Below are positions 19,192 to 29,888 of a DNA stretch of 52,815 nucleotides, in pieces. The translations under genes were made by a program, and so were the position numbers. The DNA is from an uncultured archaeon (GTDB lineage: Archaea > Asgardarchaeota > Lokiarchaeia > Sigyniarchaeales > SOKP01). How positions within the stretch are numbered: the stretch's first letter is position 1; each line of letters starts with the position of its first letter. Under the pieces are notes generated by a model. That model saw only the letters and a list, made by a program, of their open reading frames with translations. It ran no database searches and was not told where the DNA came from. The stretch lies in NCBI GenBank assembly GCA_964508365.1, contig CAZDTP010000024.1, positions 1-52,815 on the forward strand, given 5' to 3'.

Positions 19192-20244
19192 TTATATAGC
19201 ATTTCTTACATCCTTAATGACTTTATAAGTTCTCTTTAGTAATTCGTAAGCAACTTGGGGAGGATTCCATCCTTTCAATCCACAATCGGGTCCTACGAAT
19301 TTAACTCTATCCTCATAATGCTTAAGAGCAAAAAGCAAATTTTTCTTGATGAATTTTTCTGAATCAATTAAGCTCATAGTGCCTTCAAATGTTTTAAGTT
19401 CATCAAGTAAAGTCCCTGCATCCAATTTCTCAGCCATTATACTGTTTATATTCGTTCTCGTGATACCGACACGTATGAATTTATCATGCTTTTCCAAGTC
19501 ATTTTTTGGAATGACATTTGAATGATCAGAGGCATATTCACATGTGAGCACATCTATGTTTTTTGCTTGAATGGGAATTGAGTATTTTTTTAAAGAATGA
19601 AGGTGGATTTGGACAAGAGCGTCTATTCCTTCCACAGTTTTATCAAAAGCTTTAATCACATCATCTTCTTCTATATTAAACATTTCAATATACCCAAATG
19701 ACGGTTCATCAATCGAGATTACTGAATTTTGAAGATATTTGGTGTTTTTTATTGATTTTTTCAATATCCTGTTTAATGACTGTGCAAAATTGAATACGAT
19801 ATCGGAATATATCGTGAAATTGTGTTTTTTTATGTATAATTCTATGGGTCCAGTAATACATACTTTTATCTTAAGGGCATTTCCAGTTCTTTCATAATAA
19901 TCTTTCGCAAATGATTCTAATATAAAGAGTTCTGGAATAATAGCTTTTTTAGAATCAATCAGAGATGGCTCTACTGCATAATCTTCAATAGGCTTCAAAA
20001 ATTGGGTATACATATCCATATGTTGGGGATAATTGATTATCTCAACTCCCGCATTTAATTTTAACTGAAATGATTGGAGAAATGGATGGATGAAAAAATT
20101 ATAAATTCCTCTATTCTCGAATATATCGGCATTATTAATAATTCCCTTATACCCTATCCAATAAAATTGGTTGAATTTGTCAAGATCAACATAATCTGGT
20201 AATGGAAAACTACCTACATCATCGAATTTTGGAAATTCTATCAT
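19192..20244 (-). CDS. Single-domain cobalamin-independent methionine synthase-like protein (MetE catalytic barrel)
   Basis: DDVGSFPLP, YPQ, ITGP, SIDEPS, GPDCGL motifs; about 350 aa. Confidence 0.8.
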   Translation of the reverse strand: MIEFPKFDDVGSFPLPDYVDLDKFNQFYWIGYKGIINNADIFENRGIYNFFIHPFLQSFQLKLNAGVEIINYPQHMDMYTQFLKPIEDYAVEPSLIDSKKAIIPELFILESFAKDYYERTGNALKIKVCITGPIELYIKKHNFTIYSDIVFNFAQSLNRILKKSIKNTKYLQNSVISIDEPSFGYIEMFNIEEDDVIKAFDKTVEGIDALVQIHLHSLKKYSIPIQAKNIDVLTCEYASDHSNVIPKNDLEKHDKFIRVGITRTNINSIMAEKLDAGTLLDELKTFEGTMSLIDSEKFIKKNLLFALKHYEDRVKFVGPDCGLKGWNPPQVAYELLKRTYKVIKDVRNAI

Positions 20245-20311
20245 TAAAAATCAATCACCCACAAAAACTAATATCGTTAATCATAAATAATCTGTTATAA
20301 CAGATATATTT

Positions 20312-21370
20312 ATGGAACATGAGTTAATTAGTAAACAAATCAAAAGAAAGAAAAAACAGCAAATTGCAGAATTAGCGCTAGCTGCAAAAGCTGCTAAGGA
20401 GAGAGGTGGTAAGCCATTTATATTTCACTTTCTTACAACTTTAAAATGTAATTGCGATTGTGAAACTTGTCTTTGGAAAAATAATACGAAAAAAGATGAA
20501 CTAACACTTGAGGAAATCAAGCGTATATATTTAGAAGCAAAGGAAGCAGGATTTTTAGTAACTATTCTATGGGGTGGAGAACCTCTCATTAGAAAAGATA
20601 TTACGGAAATTATTAAATTTGTTAAAAGGGAGTTAAAGTTTACAATTGTTGGAATTGTTACGAATGGCTGGTTCCTTCCAGATAAAATCAAAGATTTTGG
20701 AAATGATATAGATTTTATTCTTATATCTCTGGACTCCCCTAGGCCAGAAGAACATGATCAGATTAGAGGGTTGCCTGGATTGTATGATAAAATAATGGAT
20801 TCTGTTACTATTGTTAAAGAAAGCTATCCATTGATTTCACTACAATTTAGCTTTTCAATTAGTAAATATAATATAAATCGTGTTGAGGAAATGATAATTT
20901 TATCAGATAAAATTGGAATTCCCGTAGCTTTTAATGTAATAAATACTGTCCGCCATTATTCACATGGTGATAAGGATGAGAAAGGCATGCTTTCTGCTAA
21001 TGAAAAAGGTCTTAGTAACGCATTTGAAAGAATTTTAGACGCTAAGAAGAACGGTTCGAAAGTGCTAAATTCAGAAATGTATCTAAACCATTTTATAGGT
21101 GGTAAAAAGCAATACATATGCCACACAAAAAAGGTTTTCATGTTTGTAAACTATAATGGAGATATTGAAAATTGTCTTCAGATTGATAAACCGATTGCTA
21201 ATTTACGACAAACATCTGTTAATGAAGTACTACAGCTTCCTCAGTTTATTAAATTTATTAAAGAGAGCGAGAAATGTCATAGTTGTAATTCTCCCACAAT
21301 GATCGATACTAGTTATTTATGGGATGATATAAGCTTGTTAACAAAATCGGGAGGAATATCATTTGGGTAG
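20312..21370 (+). CDS. Radical SAM protein with SPASM/twitch-like C-terminal domain
   Basis: CNCDCETC, GGEPL, TNG, ISLD and C-terminal C..C..C..C cluster. Confidence 0.9.
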   Translation: MEHELISKQIKRKKKQQIAELALAAKAAKERGGKPFIFHFLTTLKCNCDCETCLWKNNTKKDELTLEEIKRIYLEAKEAGFLVTILWGGEPLIRKDITEIIKFVKRELKFTIVGIVTNGWFLPDKIKDFGNDIDFILISLDSPRPEEHDQIRGLPGLYDKIMDSVTIVKESYPLISLQFSFSISKYNINRVEEMIILSDKIGIPVAFNVINTVRHYSHGDKDEKGMLSANEKGLSNAFERILDAKKNGSKVLNSEMYLNHFIGGKKQYICHTKKVFMFVNYNGDIENCLQIDKPIANLRQTSVNEVLQLPQFIKFIKESEKCHSCNSPTMIDTSYLWDDISLLTKSGGISFG

Positions 21371-21386
21371 ATTTTTATTATCTTAT

Positions 21387-23267
21387 CTAATAGTATTTCT
21401 CTATCAAAAGGTCTATATCCTCCTCCACTAAATCAAATAGTTTAAAAAATAAAATATCTATTATCCTTCGGGGAAGTTTTACATCTCGTATTTGAGAATA
21501 AGTATTGGGGGCTATTTCCCTTAATTTATCTAATTTGCGCTCATCTACGGAAACAATTTTGTGAATTATAGTTGAAGTGAAATGTCGAATTAAATCAATT
21601 ATTATTAATTGATATTTAGACCGAAATAGTGCAATATTAGGGATTGGTATTTCTTCTTCTAATTTAGTCTTGCTTCTCTTTATCGTAATATTTTTTGCCC
21701 TAAATAAAAATTTCACAATTTTTGAATTAAGATAAGCAAGAAAAAATAAGTAATCTATATCGTTCTTCCCTTCCCTTAACCATAAGAAATAAGTATCAGA
21801 GGTGGCATAATATGAATCTTTAGTATATCCAAATACATTTGATTTGGATATATAACTAAAAAATATTTTAGGTTCCTTATCATAGTGAGGTTCGAGGTTA
21901 ATTAATTTTCTTTTATGTTCCGTATTATACTGAGTAATAAAACTCCCTCTTCGTGGAAAATAGATGTCTTTAATATTTTCTTTGGCATTCCTAAGTATAA
22001 TTTCAAGTTCTCCTTTGTATTGGTTTAAGTATGCTATTAGATTAGGATATTTCTTCTCTATAAGTTCATTACGTATTGCTAAGTTTTGATTTTTAAATTC
22101 ATTTTTATCAAGATAGATTAAATACCCGGAAAAATCATTTTTATCATAATTGAAAGGTTGTATGACTTTACTTTTATATATTTTTTTTAATTTTTGTTTC
22201 TCTCCATCGTTTAATTTTATGAAAGCATCGTCAATCTTGATAAGCATGTCCGAATCGACAATTTTGAGGTTATTATTCTCTTTTAATATAAAAATATCAT
22301 CTTTAATCAGAATTAATCCATTTCTAATGACAAAAACATCAATTAAATTTGATATAATCCCATTAAATCTGCAGTGTTTCTCAATTTTCTCAACAACATT
22401 CTTTACATCATGAGGATACTTTAAAATCCAGCCGTTATTTTCAGAGAGGTCTTTATTTGTCATTGCTGATTGGTATTTTAACAAATGTGGGGGATTTTCT
22501 TTATTTAATATTTCTGTAAAACTCTTTTCAGGCGGTTTTTCATTAAATTGGTTATTACCTGATTTAACTTGAATTACATCAATTTTCTTATCGGTTTTTT
22601 TTTGTTTTTCTTCCTCATACTTTTTTTGAAGTACAAAAATACAATTATATTGACCTTTAGCATCTTGAAAAACTTGAATTTTTGATAAATCAATATATTG
22701 TATCATGAAACAATCGTTTGTAATGTGAGGTTTAAGATACTTTATCCCTGTCTTTTTTGATTTAGTTAGCCAGTAATTAGTTGTGATAAAAGATAATAAC
22801 CCTCCCGGTTTTAATTTGTCTATTCCTAAATGAATGAAAAAATAAAATAAATCCATATTCCCAACGAAATATTTTTTACAAATCGAATAATTCTTTACAA
22901 GCTCTTGAAAAATTTGAGCGTTATAGTTTTGTCCTAAATAAGGTGGATTTCCTACGATGATATCGAATTTTTCATTAGCGTCTGATCCTAAGAAATTCTC
23001 AAATCTAAGCTTTATATTCGGATAACTTTTTAAAAGGGGAGTTTTTAAAGTTTGATCTAATTCATAGGCAGTAATATCAGTAAATCCTTCACTTATTAAA
23101 TGCTTAAGGAAAATTCCTTTACCTGCACTAGGTTCGAGAATTTTAATCTTATCAATGGTAGACTCTTTATGTGTGGAAAAATAATGTTGCTTAATGTTTT
23201 TGACCATAAACTCCGCTATATAATCAGGAGTAAAAATTTGGCTAAATCGATTTTTATTCGAATCCAT
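21387..23267 (-). CDS. N6-adenine DNA methyltransferase (Eco57I/TaqI-like, gamma class) with target recognition domain
   Basis: IFTP, LEPSAGKGIF (motif I), NPPY (motif IV), YLNSK. Confidence 0.9.
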   Translation of the reverse strand: MDSNKNRFSQIFTPDYIAEFMVKNIKQHYFSTHKESTIDKIKILEPSAGKGIFLKHLISEGFTDITAYELDQTLKTPLLKSYPNIKLRFENFLGSDANEKFDIIVGNPPYLGQNYNAQIFQELVKNYSICKKYFVGNMDLFYFFIHLGIDKLKPGGLLSFITTNYWLTKSKKTGIKYLKPHITNDCFMIQYIDLSKIQVFQDAKGQYNCIFVLQKKYEEEKQKKTDKKIDVIQVKSGNNQFNEKPPEKSFTEILNKENPPHLLKYQSAMTNKDLSENNGWILKYPHDVKNVVEKIEKHCRFNGIISNLIDVFVIRNGLILIKDDIFILKENNNLKIVDSDMLIKIDDAFIKLNDGEKQKLKKIYKSKVIQPFNYDKNDFSGYLIYLDKNEFKNQNLAIRNELIEKKYPNLIAYLNQYKGELEIILRNAKENIKDIYFPRRGSFITQYNTEHKRKLINLEPHYDKEPKIFFSYISKSNVFGYTKDSYYATSDTYFLWLREGKNDIDYLFFLAYLNSKIVKFLFRAKNITIKRSKTKLEEEIPIPNIALFRSKYQLIIIDLIRHFTSTIIHKIVSVDERKLDKLREIAPNTYSQIRDVKLPRRIIDILFFKLFDLVEEDIDLLIEKYY

Positions 23268-23361
23268 TATTTACTAGATTGTTGAAAGAAGCTAAATATT
23301 TGAAGTTTTTACTTAGATTTCATTTTCATCTTAAAAGAAATGATAAGAAAAAGAGATTTTT

Positions 23362-24888
23362 TTAATGCTCGTGATGATGTTCATGGTCCTGAGATTTAAT
23401 ATTTACTGGTTGCATGTTACCAATTGCCCAACCAGCTACTTCATTAAGAGAGGGATGAATTACCATCGATTTATAAACTGGCATAAAAGAACCAGCCTCA
23501 GGACAAGATCTCCCTAACTTATTAGATCCCGTTCTTGCGGGAAAATCGGGAGAATCACAGGTATATCCTGCATTCATTAAATATACAAAGGGTTGAACAA
23601 GTATCGCAGCATGGGGTCCAACTGCATGTGCACCTAATAATTTATAGGATTTATCGATGATCAGTTTAACAAAACCGTTATCTATATCATCGTTATCATA
23701 CCCCATCGCAAACCCTTTCGCTACTGTAGAGTAATTCTTAACTGCAACAAAAATTTCGTGCCCATTGTTTATAGCTTCTTCCTGGGTCATACCTACATGT
23801 CCAATTTGAGGAGATGTAAAAATAGCCCAAGGTACTACAGAATAATCTACTTCCTGTTTTTCGCTTTCAGGACCAAAAATGTTGTTAGCACAAAGATCCG
23901 CTTCATAATTTGCTTTATGTCTGAATTGATAAAGACCGTTAGCGTCTCCAAAGCACCAGATATTAGGTTTTACAGTTTCTAAGTATTTATTAGTTTTAAT
24001 CCAACCTCTTTCATTAGTTTCAACTCCAGTTTTCTCGACCGCTAATAAATCAGCATTAGAACGACGTCCTGCAGCAATTAAAATTTCTTCGGCTTGTAAT
24101 TCAATTTCTTTTCCACTTTCAACACTTTGAACTGTAACTGTTTTAAAATTCTTTTTTGTACCTACTTGAATCGCTTTATGGTTTACTAACACAGTCATAT
24201 GGTTCTTAAAATTACGCTCTAAGAACTCGCTTATTTCAGGTTCTTCAGACATAACTAAGCGAGGTAACATCTCTACGATGGTCACTTTTGTGCCAAACGC
24301 AGAAAAAATATGGGCAAATTCAGCTGCAATCACTCCACCCCCGATTATAATTAGACTTTCCCACGGTTTCTTAGGAAATTTTTCACCAAAGAAATTCTCA
24401 TTTGTTATATACTCGATTTCGTTCAATCCTTGTATAGGTGGAATAAAAGAACGCGCACCAGAAGCTAATACAAATTTTTCTCCTTTAAAGTGACCAATGA
24501 TCTTTGCAGAACCAACAGATTTAACCTGCATTTCGTAATCTCCAATAAATTCACCTACTCCTTTATAAAGTTTCAAGTTTGGTACTTGCGATAGTCCTTC
24601 TTCCATTTCTTTGCTTTCGTCTATTTGACTCCACATTCGTTTAGCAATTAAGTCCCAGTCAATGTCTTCTACTCTAAATTTGATTCCTACTTTTGTTGCA
24701 CGTTCTGCTTCTCTTATTAAATCTGCGGGGTGAACTAACACTTTTGAGGGAATACAACCACGAGTTAAACATGTAGCTCCAAGTTTCGTATCTTCAACTA
24801 GAGCACACTTTAACCCCATTTGAATTCCATAATTAAGAACATTTAATCCTGCTCCAGATCCTATAACAACTAAATCGTAAGTTTCCAT
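23362..24888 (-). CDS. Flavoprotein disulfide reductase (dihydrolipoamide dehydrogenase/mycothione reductase-like)
   Basis: GSGAG FAD site, TCLTRGCIPSK redox disulfide, GGGVIA, GD, HPSLNE. Confidence 0.9.
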   Translation of the reverse strand: METYDLVVIGSGAGLNVLNYGIQMGLKCALVEDTKLGATCLTRGCIPSKVLVHPADLIREAERATKVGIKFRVEDIDWDLIAKRMWSQIDESKEMEEGLSQVPNLKLYKGVGEFIGDYEMQVKSVGSAKIIGHFKGEKFVLASGARSFIPPIQGLNEIEYITNENFFGEKFPKKPWESLIIIGGGVIAAEFAHIFSAFGTKVTIVEMLPRLVMSEEPEISEFLERNFKNHMTVLVNHKAIQVGTKKNFKTVTVQSVESGKEIELQAEEILIAAGRRSNADLLAVEKTGVETNERGWIKTNKYLETVKPNIWCFGDANGLYQFRHKANYEADLCANNIFGPESEKQEVDYSVVPWAIFTSPQIGHVGMTQEEAINNGHEIFVAVKNYSTVAKGFAMGYDNDDIDNGFVKLIIDKSYKLLGAHAVGPHAAILVQPFVYLMNAGYTCDSPDFPARTGSNKLGRSCPEAGSFMPVYKSMVIHPSLNEVAGWAIGNMQPVNIKSQDHEHHHEH

Positions 24889-25017
24889 AAGTTCAATTTT
24901 ACCTTAATAATTTTTAAAGTTTTTACTAATTTTTTAAAGATCATACAAAAGTGAGACTAATTGAGATTCTTACCTCTATTTGAAAGTTTATTAATATTAA
25001 TTAAAGGAAACTATGAT

Positions 25018-26208
25018 CTACTTTCTCATGTTGATAAAACCGCCAGATTTCATCAACACACAAGGCTTAAGGTATTGTTTATCGCTTAATTCCACGAAAT
25101 CTTCTAACATTTTAGACCATTTTTCGTAATTTCTTTTTCCAGGACCGAAAGGTCCAGGCATACTAGTTCCAGTCAACATCACATCATCAATAATTTTATA
25201 TCCCGTAACTATATTCTCTTCTAACAATTTACATCCTTCATTTAACATAATAGCCATTGTCATTTCTGGATTTAAAATTCCTGCTTTTTTATTTAAGTAT
25301 ATTTTTGGTTTCCCCATCGTCCAGTCATAAAATCCTCGTCCTGTTTTTCTTCCTAAATTTCCTTCACTTACAAGATTTGTAAGAACTTTACCAGGGGCAA
25401 AATCAGAAGAAAATATCATCTCATAGCTTTTCAAGACATTATAAGTCGTATCTACACCAAGATAATCAGTTAATTCACAGGGTCCCATTGGAGTTAATTT
25501 TCTTGCTTCGGCATCAGCATCGATTTGTTCCCATGGAATGCCCTTCTCGAAAGCCAGATCGAAAATCCAGCTAAGATAAATAATTGGAGGAGTAAGTAAT
25601 CTGTTTGCTATAAATCCAGGGCTCTCTTTCTCAATACGAACGGAAAGTCTTTTTCCTTTAAGACAGGGTAGTCTCTTTCCAATTTCGACACCAAGATCTA
25701 AGGCTTTTTTAGATGTTTTTTCACCCTTCATTACTTCAACACAGCATTGAAGGACAACGGGGAGAAAAAAATGCATTCCAATAACATTTTCTGGCTTTTT
25801 TGAATCTTCAGCGATGTCCGTTATTCTAAATGTCGAAGTATTTGAAGCAAAAATGCAGTGAGGGGGTGAATTCTCCATAACTAATCTACATATTTGTTTT
25901 TTAATATCTAATTTTTCAACGATAGCCTCAAATACGAAATCACTCTCTTTAACTGCAGATGATAAATCAATTGATTTTCTACATCTTGACATTATATGAG
26001 AAATGGATATTCCTTCCTCGAGCTTACCCTTTATCTGAGCTTTTTTTAAACCTTCTTCGATTTTATTTAAACCGTTGTTAACTATGCTTTCTTTAATATC
26101 AACGATTGTTACATTAAATCCTGCCATTAAGGCAACTTGGGCTATACCATAACCCATAACTCCCGCTCCTACAACCGTAATATTATTAACCTTACTAATA
26201 TCCACCAT
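25018..26208 (-). CDS. 3-hydroxyacyl-CoA dehydrogenase family protein
   Basis: GAGVMGYGIA, FEAIVE, SNTST, GMHFF, GFIANR, PMGP, GRKTGRGFYD. Confidence 0.93.
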   Translation of the reverse strand: MVDISKVNNITVVGAGVMGYGIAQVALMAGFNVTIVDIKESIVNNGLNKIEEGLKKAQIKGKLEEGISISHIMSRCRKSIDLSSAVKESDFVFEAIVEKLDIKKQICRLVMENSPPHCIFASNTSTFRITDIAEDSKKPENVIGMHFFLPVVLQCCVEVMKGEKTSKKALDLGVEIGKRLPCLKGKRLSVRIEKESPGFIANRLLTPPIIYLSWIFDLAFEKGIPWEQIDADAEARKLTPMGPCELTDYLGVDTTYNVLKSYEMIFSSDFAPGKVLTNLVSEGNLGRKTGRGFYDWTMGKPKIYLNKKAGILNPEMTMAIMLNEGCKLLEENIVTGYKIIDDVMLTGTSMPGPFGPGKRNYEKWSKMLEDFVELSDKQYLKPCVLMKSGGFINMRK

Positions 26209-26399
26209 TTTGAATGCAGACTCTTAAAAGGTAATATTCTTTTGCTTAAAAATATTAATTTCAAGATTTTTTTTATAAATATAATCTTTGATATTAATCG
26301 CTAATTTAAAAAAATTAAAGGTGTTGATAGCTCGCTTTTATATATTCTTAAAAAAATTAGAAAAATTGAAATTAAAAAAGAAAAAAGTTATGATTCTAT

Positions 26400-27347
26400 T
26401 TAGTTCCCGATAATATCCTTTAACTTAGGGAATATTCGAGGATAATGAACAGCCATACAGTGAATTCCGTCAAGGAGGTTTTTATTTCGTAATTCTGTTA
26501 CGAACGGTTTAAAGAACTCATAATTATATTGATCGTATAATTCTTTCTGCTGCTTTTTGTCAGTAACCTCTTTCTTTACGCTCTTCCACTTAGCTAAGAT
26601 TTCCTTAGGAACGCTAACGCCAGGGACAAAAGTGTCAAATCCTTTAGCAATTCCATATGATTTCATCGGGAAGATTCCAAGTAGCACCGGCACTTTATAC
26701 TTCTTAATTTCTGATAAAAATTCTATAGTGCGATCCAGGTCGTAAACAACTTGAGTTTGTATAAATTCAGCACCTGCTTCTGCTTTTCTACCTATTTTTA
26801 ATATTTCTGCACCCATTGGTTCAGCATTAGGATTTGCAGCCGCTCCAACGTGTAGTGTTGGAGGTGCTTCGATTTCATTCCCGTTAATAGAGCCGTTGTC
26901 AACCATTTCTCTCACTAATTTTATTAGTGTTGCGGAATCAAGATCAAAAACAGGTTTTGATTCGGGCATATCTCCAAGAAATGGATGATCACCTGTAAGG
27001 GAAAGCACATTGCGTATCCCTAGAGCATGCGCGCCCATTATCATTCCAGCAATTCCTAACTTGTTAACATCTCTAACGGTCATTTGCCATACGCATTCTA
27101 AACCGGCTGCTTTTTGGATTAAATGCGTTGCAGCCATAGAGTTTATTGTTACAATTCCTAATGGACTATCTGTCACATTTGCGGCAATAACATATGGAGC
27201 CATTTCTTTGGCTTCTTGGATAGTATGGGAAAGATCTGTTGTCTTTTCTGGCTCAAGTTCTCCTGTTAGGATGAATTCTCCCTTTGAAAGGGCTTCCCCT
27301 AATTTTGAATATGTCTTTACTTCTGTCATTTTTATATCTACCTCCAA
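26400..27347 (-). CDS. metF: Methylenetetrahydrofolate reductase MetF, copy 1; true start likely ATG 27329
   Basis: TGELEP, NVTDSP, RD.N, LTGDH, GAEFIQTQ; GGAGGT 8 nt before ATG 27329. Confidence 0.9.
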   Translation of the reverse strand: MEVDIKMTEVKTYSKLGEALSKGEFILTGELEPEKTTDLSHTIQEAKEMAPYVIAANVTDSPLGIVTINSMAATHLIQKAAGLECVWQMTVRDVNKLGIAGMIMGAHALGIRNVLSLTGDHPFLGDMPESKPVFDLDSATLIKLVREMVDNGSINGNEIEAPPTLHVGAAANPNAEPMGAEILKIGRKAEAGAEFIQTQVVYDLDRTIEFLSEIKKYKVPVLLGIFPMKSYGIAKGFDTFVPGVSVPKEILAKWKSVKKEVTDKKQQKELYDQYNYEFFKPFVTELRNKNLLDGIHCMAVHYPRIFPKLKDIIGN

Positions 27348-28009
27348 ACTACCTCTCTTTGATGACCAATTTTACTCCAATCTAAGGGGTCTCTTAATTT
27401 TGAGAATAAGTCTAAACGACCTAGCTCTTTTAGACGATTATATATCAATATCCAACCGCAGTCTTTCTCGTAGTTGCCCACTTCACATTTTCCATCTACC
27501 ATTCCTCCACAGGGTCCATTCATAAGCGCTTTAGCGCAAGTTGTGAAAGGACAAATTCCACCAGTTTCGTTTAACAAACAATCGCCGCACCCTTTACAAC
27601 GCATATAGAAACGTCCGATGCGTTCTGTCATTCCCATAAACTCAGTGTTATTAGCCGTGAAAACGGGTATTTCTGGATGAGTTTTTGTAAGAACTTCAAT
27701 AATTGATTGTACCCCTAAACCGCAGGATAAAGTTAAAATCGCATCGGATTTCTTAACATCATCATCAATCTTGCGTAAGTCTTTTTTCATCACACGGTTA
27801 TCACAGACATCATCGCTCACTATTGCATTAGTAACATTAAAGCCTCTTTCTTTTAGTTTTTCCGACCATTCCTCGGCTCCTTCAGTTCCTCCAGTTTGAC
27901 AGAGAGCCGCGCAAACCCCACAGCTCACAACTAATATATTTTTAACCTTAAAATTGTTGAGAGCTTCGAATACTTCTTCCTCTGGTTTTTTTGTTGTTAT
28001 TACAACCAT
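27338..28009 (-). CDS. metV: MetV (MTHFR C-terminal-domain Fe-S/Zn protein), copy 1
   Basis: SCGVCAALC, VCD, SCGLG, CKGCGDC, GICPFTTCAKALMNGPCGG, CEV..CGW. Confidence 0.9.
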   Translation of the reverse strand: MVVITTKKPEEEVFEALNNFKVKNILVVSCGVCAALCQTGGTEGAEEWSEKLKERGFNVTNAIVSDDVCDNRVMKKDLRKIDDDVKKSDAILTLSCGLGVQSIIEVLTKTHPEIPVFTANNTEFMGMTERIGRFYMRCKGCGDCLLNETGGICPFTTCAKALMNGPCGGMVDGKCEVGNYEKDCGWILIYNRLKELGRLDLFSKLRDPLDWSKIGHQREVVWR

Positions 28010-28258
28010 CGTGTTTAACTCTTTTTTTAGGATTTTAGTTGATTTTAAATTTAATTTACTTGTGTTAAGAAATTAATAAAATTATTAATAATTTATTAGA
28101 ATGGATCATATATTGATCGTTTTACAAAATTGTGTTTTTGTATTTTATAAAATTTTTTTAATTGCAATATTATAGAAAGAAATTAGACTTACATTTGAAT
28201 AATAAATTGGAGAAATAGAATTTAGTTTATATTAAATTAAAAAAAAAGAAATAGATGA

Positions 28259-29746
28259 TTATTGTATTAAGGTGGGAAGGATTTTTGCTAACGGAACGGC
28301 CAGTCCACCGAGTAAGGAGCCAATAGATGTCAGTTTTTTTAAGTAGTCTTTCATATTTTTAGTTACTTTTATAGTTTTTGTTTTTCCTTCAATAATAGTG
28401 CCATCAGCTGACATTAAGAAAATTTGAATCGTCTGTTCTCCCGTCTCTCTAGGCTCTAAAGTTAACCAAGTTGTATCTCCGTTTTCTAACATAGTTGATA
28501 ATACACCTGCAATGTCAGTACCTTCAGAAGAAATTAGGGGAATGGGTTTATTCGGAATTAAAAAGCTTCCTCTCCCTTCAACTTTGATATCCAACTTCAA
28601 TTTGCTAGGCTCAAAACCAGGAGCGACTATCTTTACAGCATAATTCTTATCTTCAGGAGCATTATTGTAGAGGAAAACCATCACATTAAGTTCTGAATTC
28701 AAATATACAACTTCTGGAGCTGAAGAATCCATATAAATTGGATCTTTTGAAAGGCGTTCGATATTATCAGCAAGTTCTAATTGAAGCCTATCAATGATGT
28801 TAAAAAAGCCAGGATTGTATTTTTTGATGTAATTGAATAATTTGTAGATGTCAGAAGTAGAGAAATACCACAAACCGTCAATTAACAACCCCTTTTTAAT
28901 GTCAAAAGAAGCAGAATCTACATTAATTACTTCTTTTAATTCACGGGTAAATTGTTCATCCGTTAAAACGCCTTGAAATCGCAAGTAGTATAAGAATAAT
29001 ATTGATTCAATTCCAAAAGTTAACGGTAATTCATCTTCCTCGGCTTCTTTAACCTTTTGAATAAATGTTGGGGTTAAAATTTTTTCAATCCCTGCTAAGT
29101 ATTCATCCCATTTAAGATATGTAACCGGATCCAAATGACCTGAAAAAACCTCCGCAAAAAAATTATCTAGAAAAATCTGATGAGTTGTAGGCTTATAGAA
29201 ATCTTGAAGACCGTTTACATCGTGAATATTAAGGTTTAAACTCCGAATAATAACTGCTAAACCTAACCCAATTAGTGCAAATCCTGCTGCTGCGAATCCT
29301 AAGTTTAGATCTCCAATTAATAACATTACCAAGAACAAAATAAGTGCTATAAAACATATAGTGGCAATAATCTTTAGCAAATTAACAACTCGTTTAACGC
29401 TAGAAAACAACATTTCAAAACCATCGAGGCTGTCTATTGGTCTCCCTCTTTTTCTTTCAAATTTTAATCTTAATTTAAGAGAAGAATTTGTAGAATTTGC
29501 TCCTAGAAATAGCATTATTGAATTGAAGGCATATATTCCTAAGATTACGAAGAAAACAATTTTTAAAGCGAAGTCCAATACTGAAATAAAAGCTAGAATG
29601 GTTACTATTAAGAGAAGAATAGGAAGTACGAATAATAGAATTTTACCAATTCCAGAGACATATTTAACCATTTTGCCTTGAAATCGTTCCTTTTTATTTA
29701 TTTTAGATAAATCTTTTTCTAATTCTCTTTGCATTTTATATTTCAT
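28259..29746 (-). CDS. Multi-pass membrane protein with large soluble C-terminal region
   Basis: Four N-terminal TM helices, soluble domain, C-terminal hydrophobic helix; no family recognised. Confidence 0.75.
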   Translation of the reverse strand: MKYKMQRELEKDLSKINKKERFQGKMVKYVSGIGKILLFVLPILLLIVTILAFISVLDFALKIVFFVILGIYAFNSIMLFLGANSTNSSLKLRLKFERKRGRPIDSLDGFEMLFSSVKRVVNLLKIIATICFIALILFLVMLLIGDLNLGFAAAGFALIGLGLAVIIRSLNLNIHDVNGLQDFYKPTTHQIFLDNFFAEVFSGHLDPVTYLKWDEYLAGIEKILTPTFIQKVKEAEEDELPLTFGIESILFLYYLRFQGVLTDEQFTRELKEVINVDSASFDIKKGLLIDGLWYFSTSDIYKLFNYIKKYNPGFFNIIDRLQLELADNIERLSKDPIYMDSSAPEVVYLNSELNVMVFLYNNAPEDKNYAVKIVAPGFEPSKLKLDIKVEGRGSFLIPNKPIPLISSEGTDIAGVLSTMLENGDTTWLTLEPRETGEQTIQIFLMSADGTIIEGKTKTIKVTKNMKDYLKKLTSIGSLLGGLAVPLAKILPTLIQ

Positions 29747-29888
29747 CTGTTCAATTTCTGTAAAATTTAATATAGATATAGTTAGAATAATAGAAATCGT
29801 GATTTAAAATATTAATGTTAATATCTTTATTAACATATATAACGAAAATTTATACCTAGAAATAAACTAGATTAAATAACGAAAAAGA

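Noticed and set aside
23470-23575. Cys-containing insert in the disulfide reductase as a second in-frame intron
   Set aside because: No stop codons, protein-like content and no BHB pairing that I could build at its edges.
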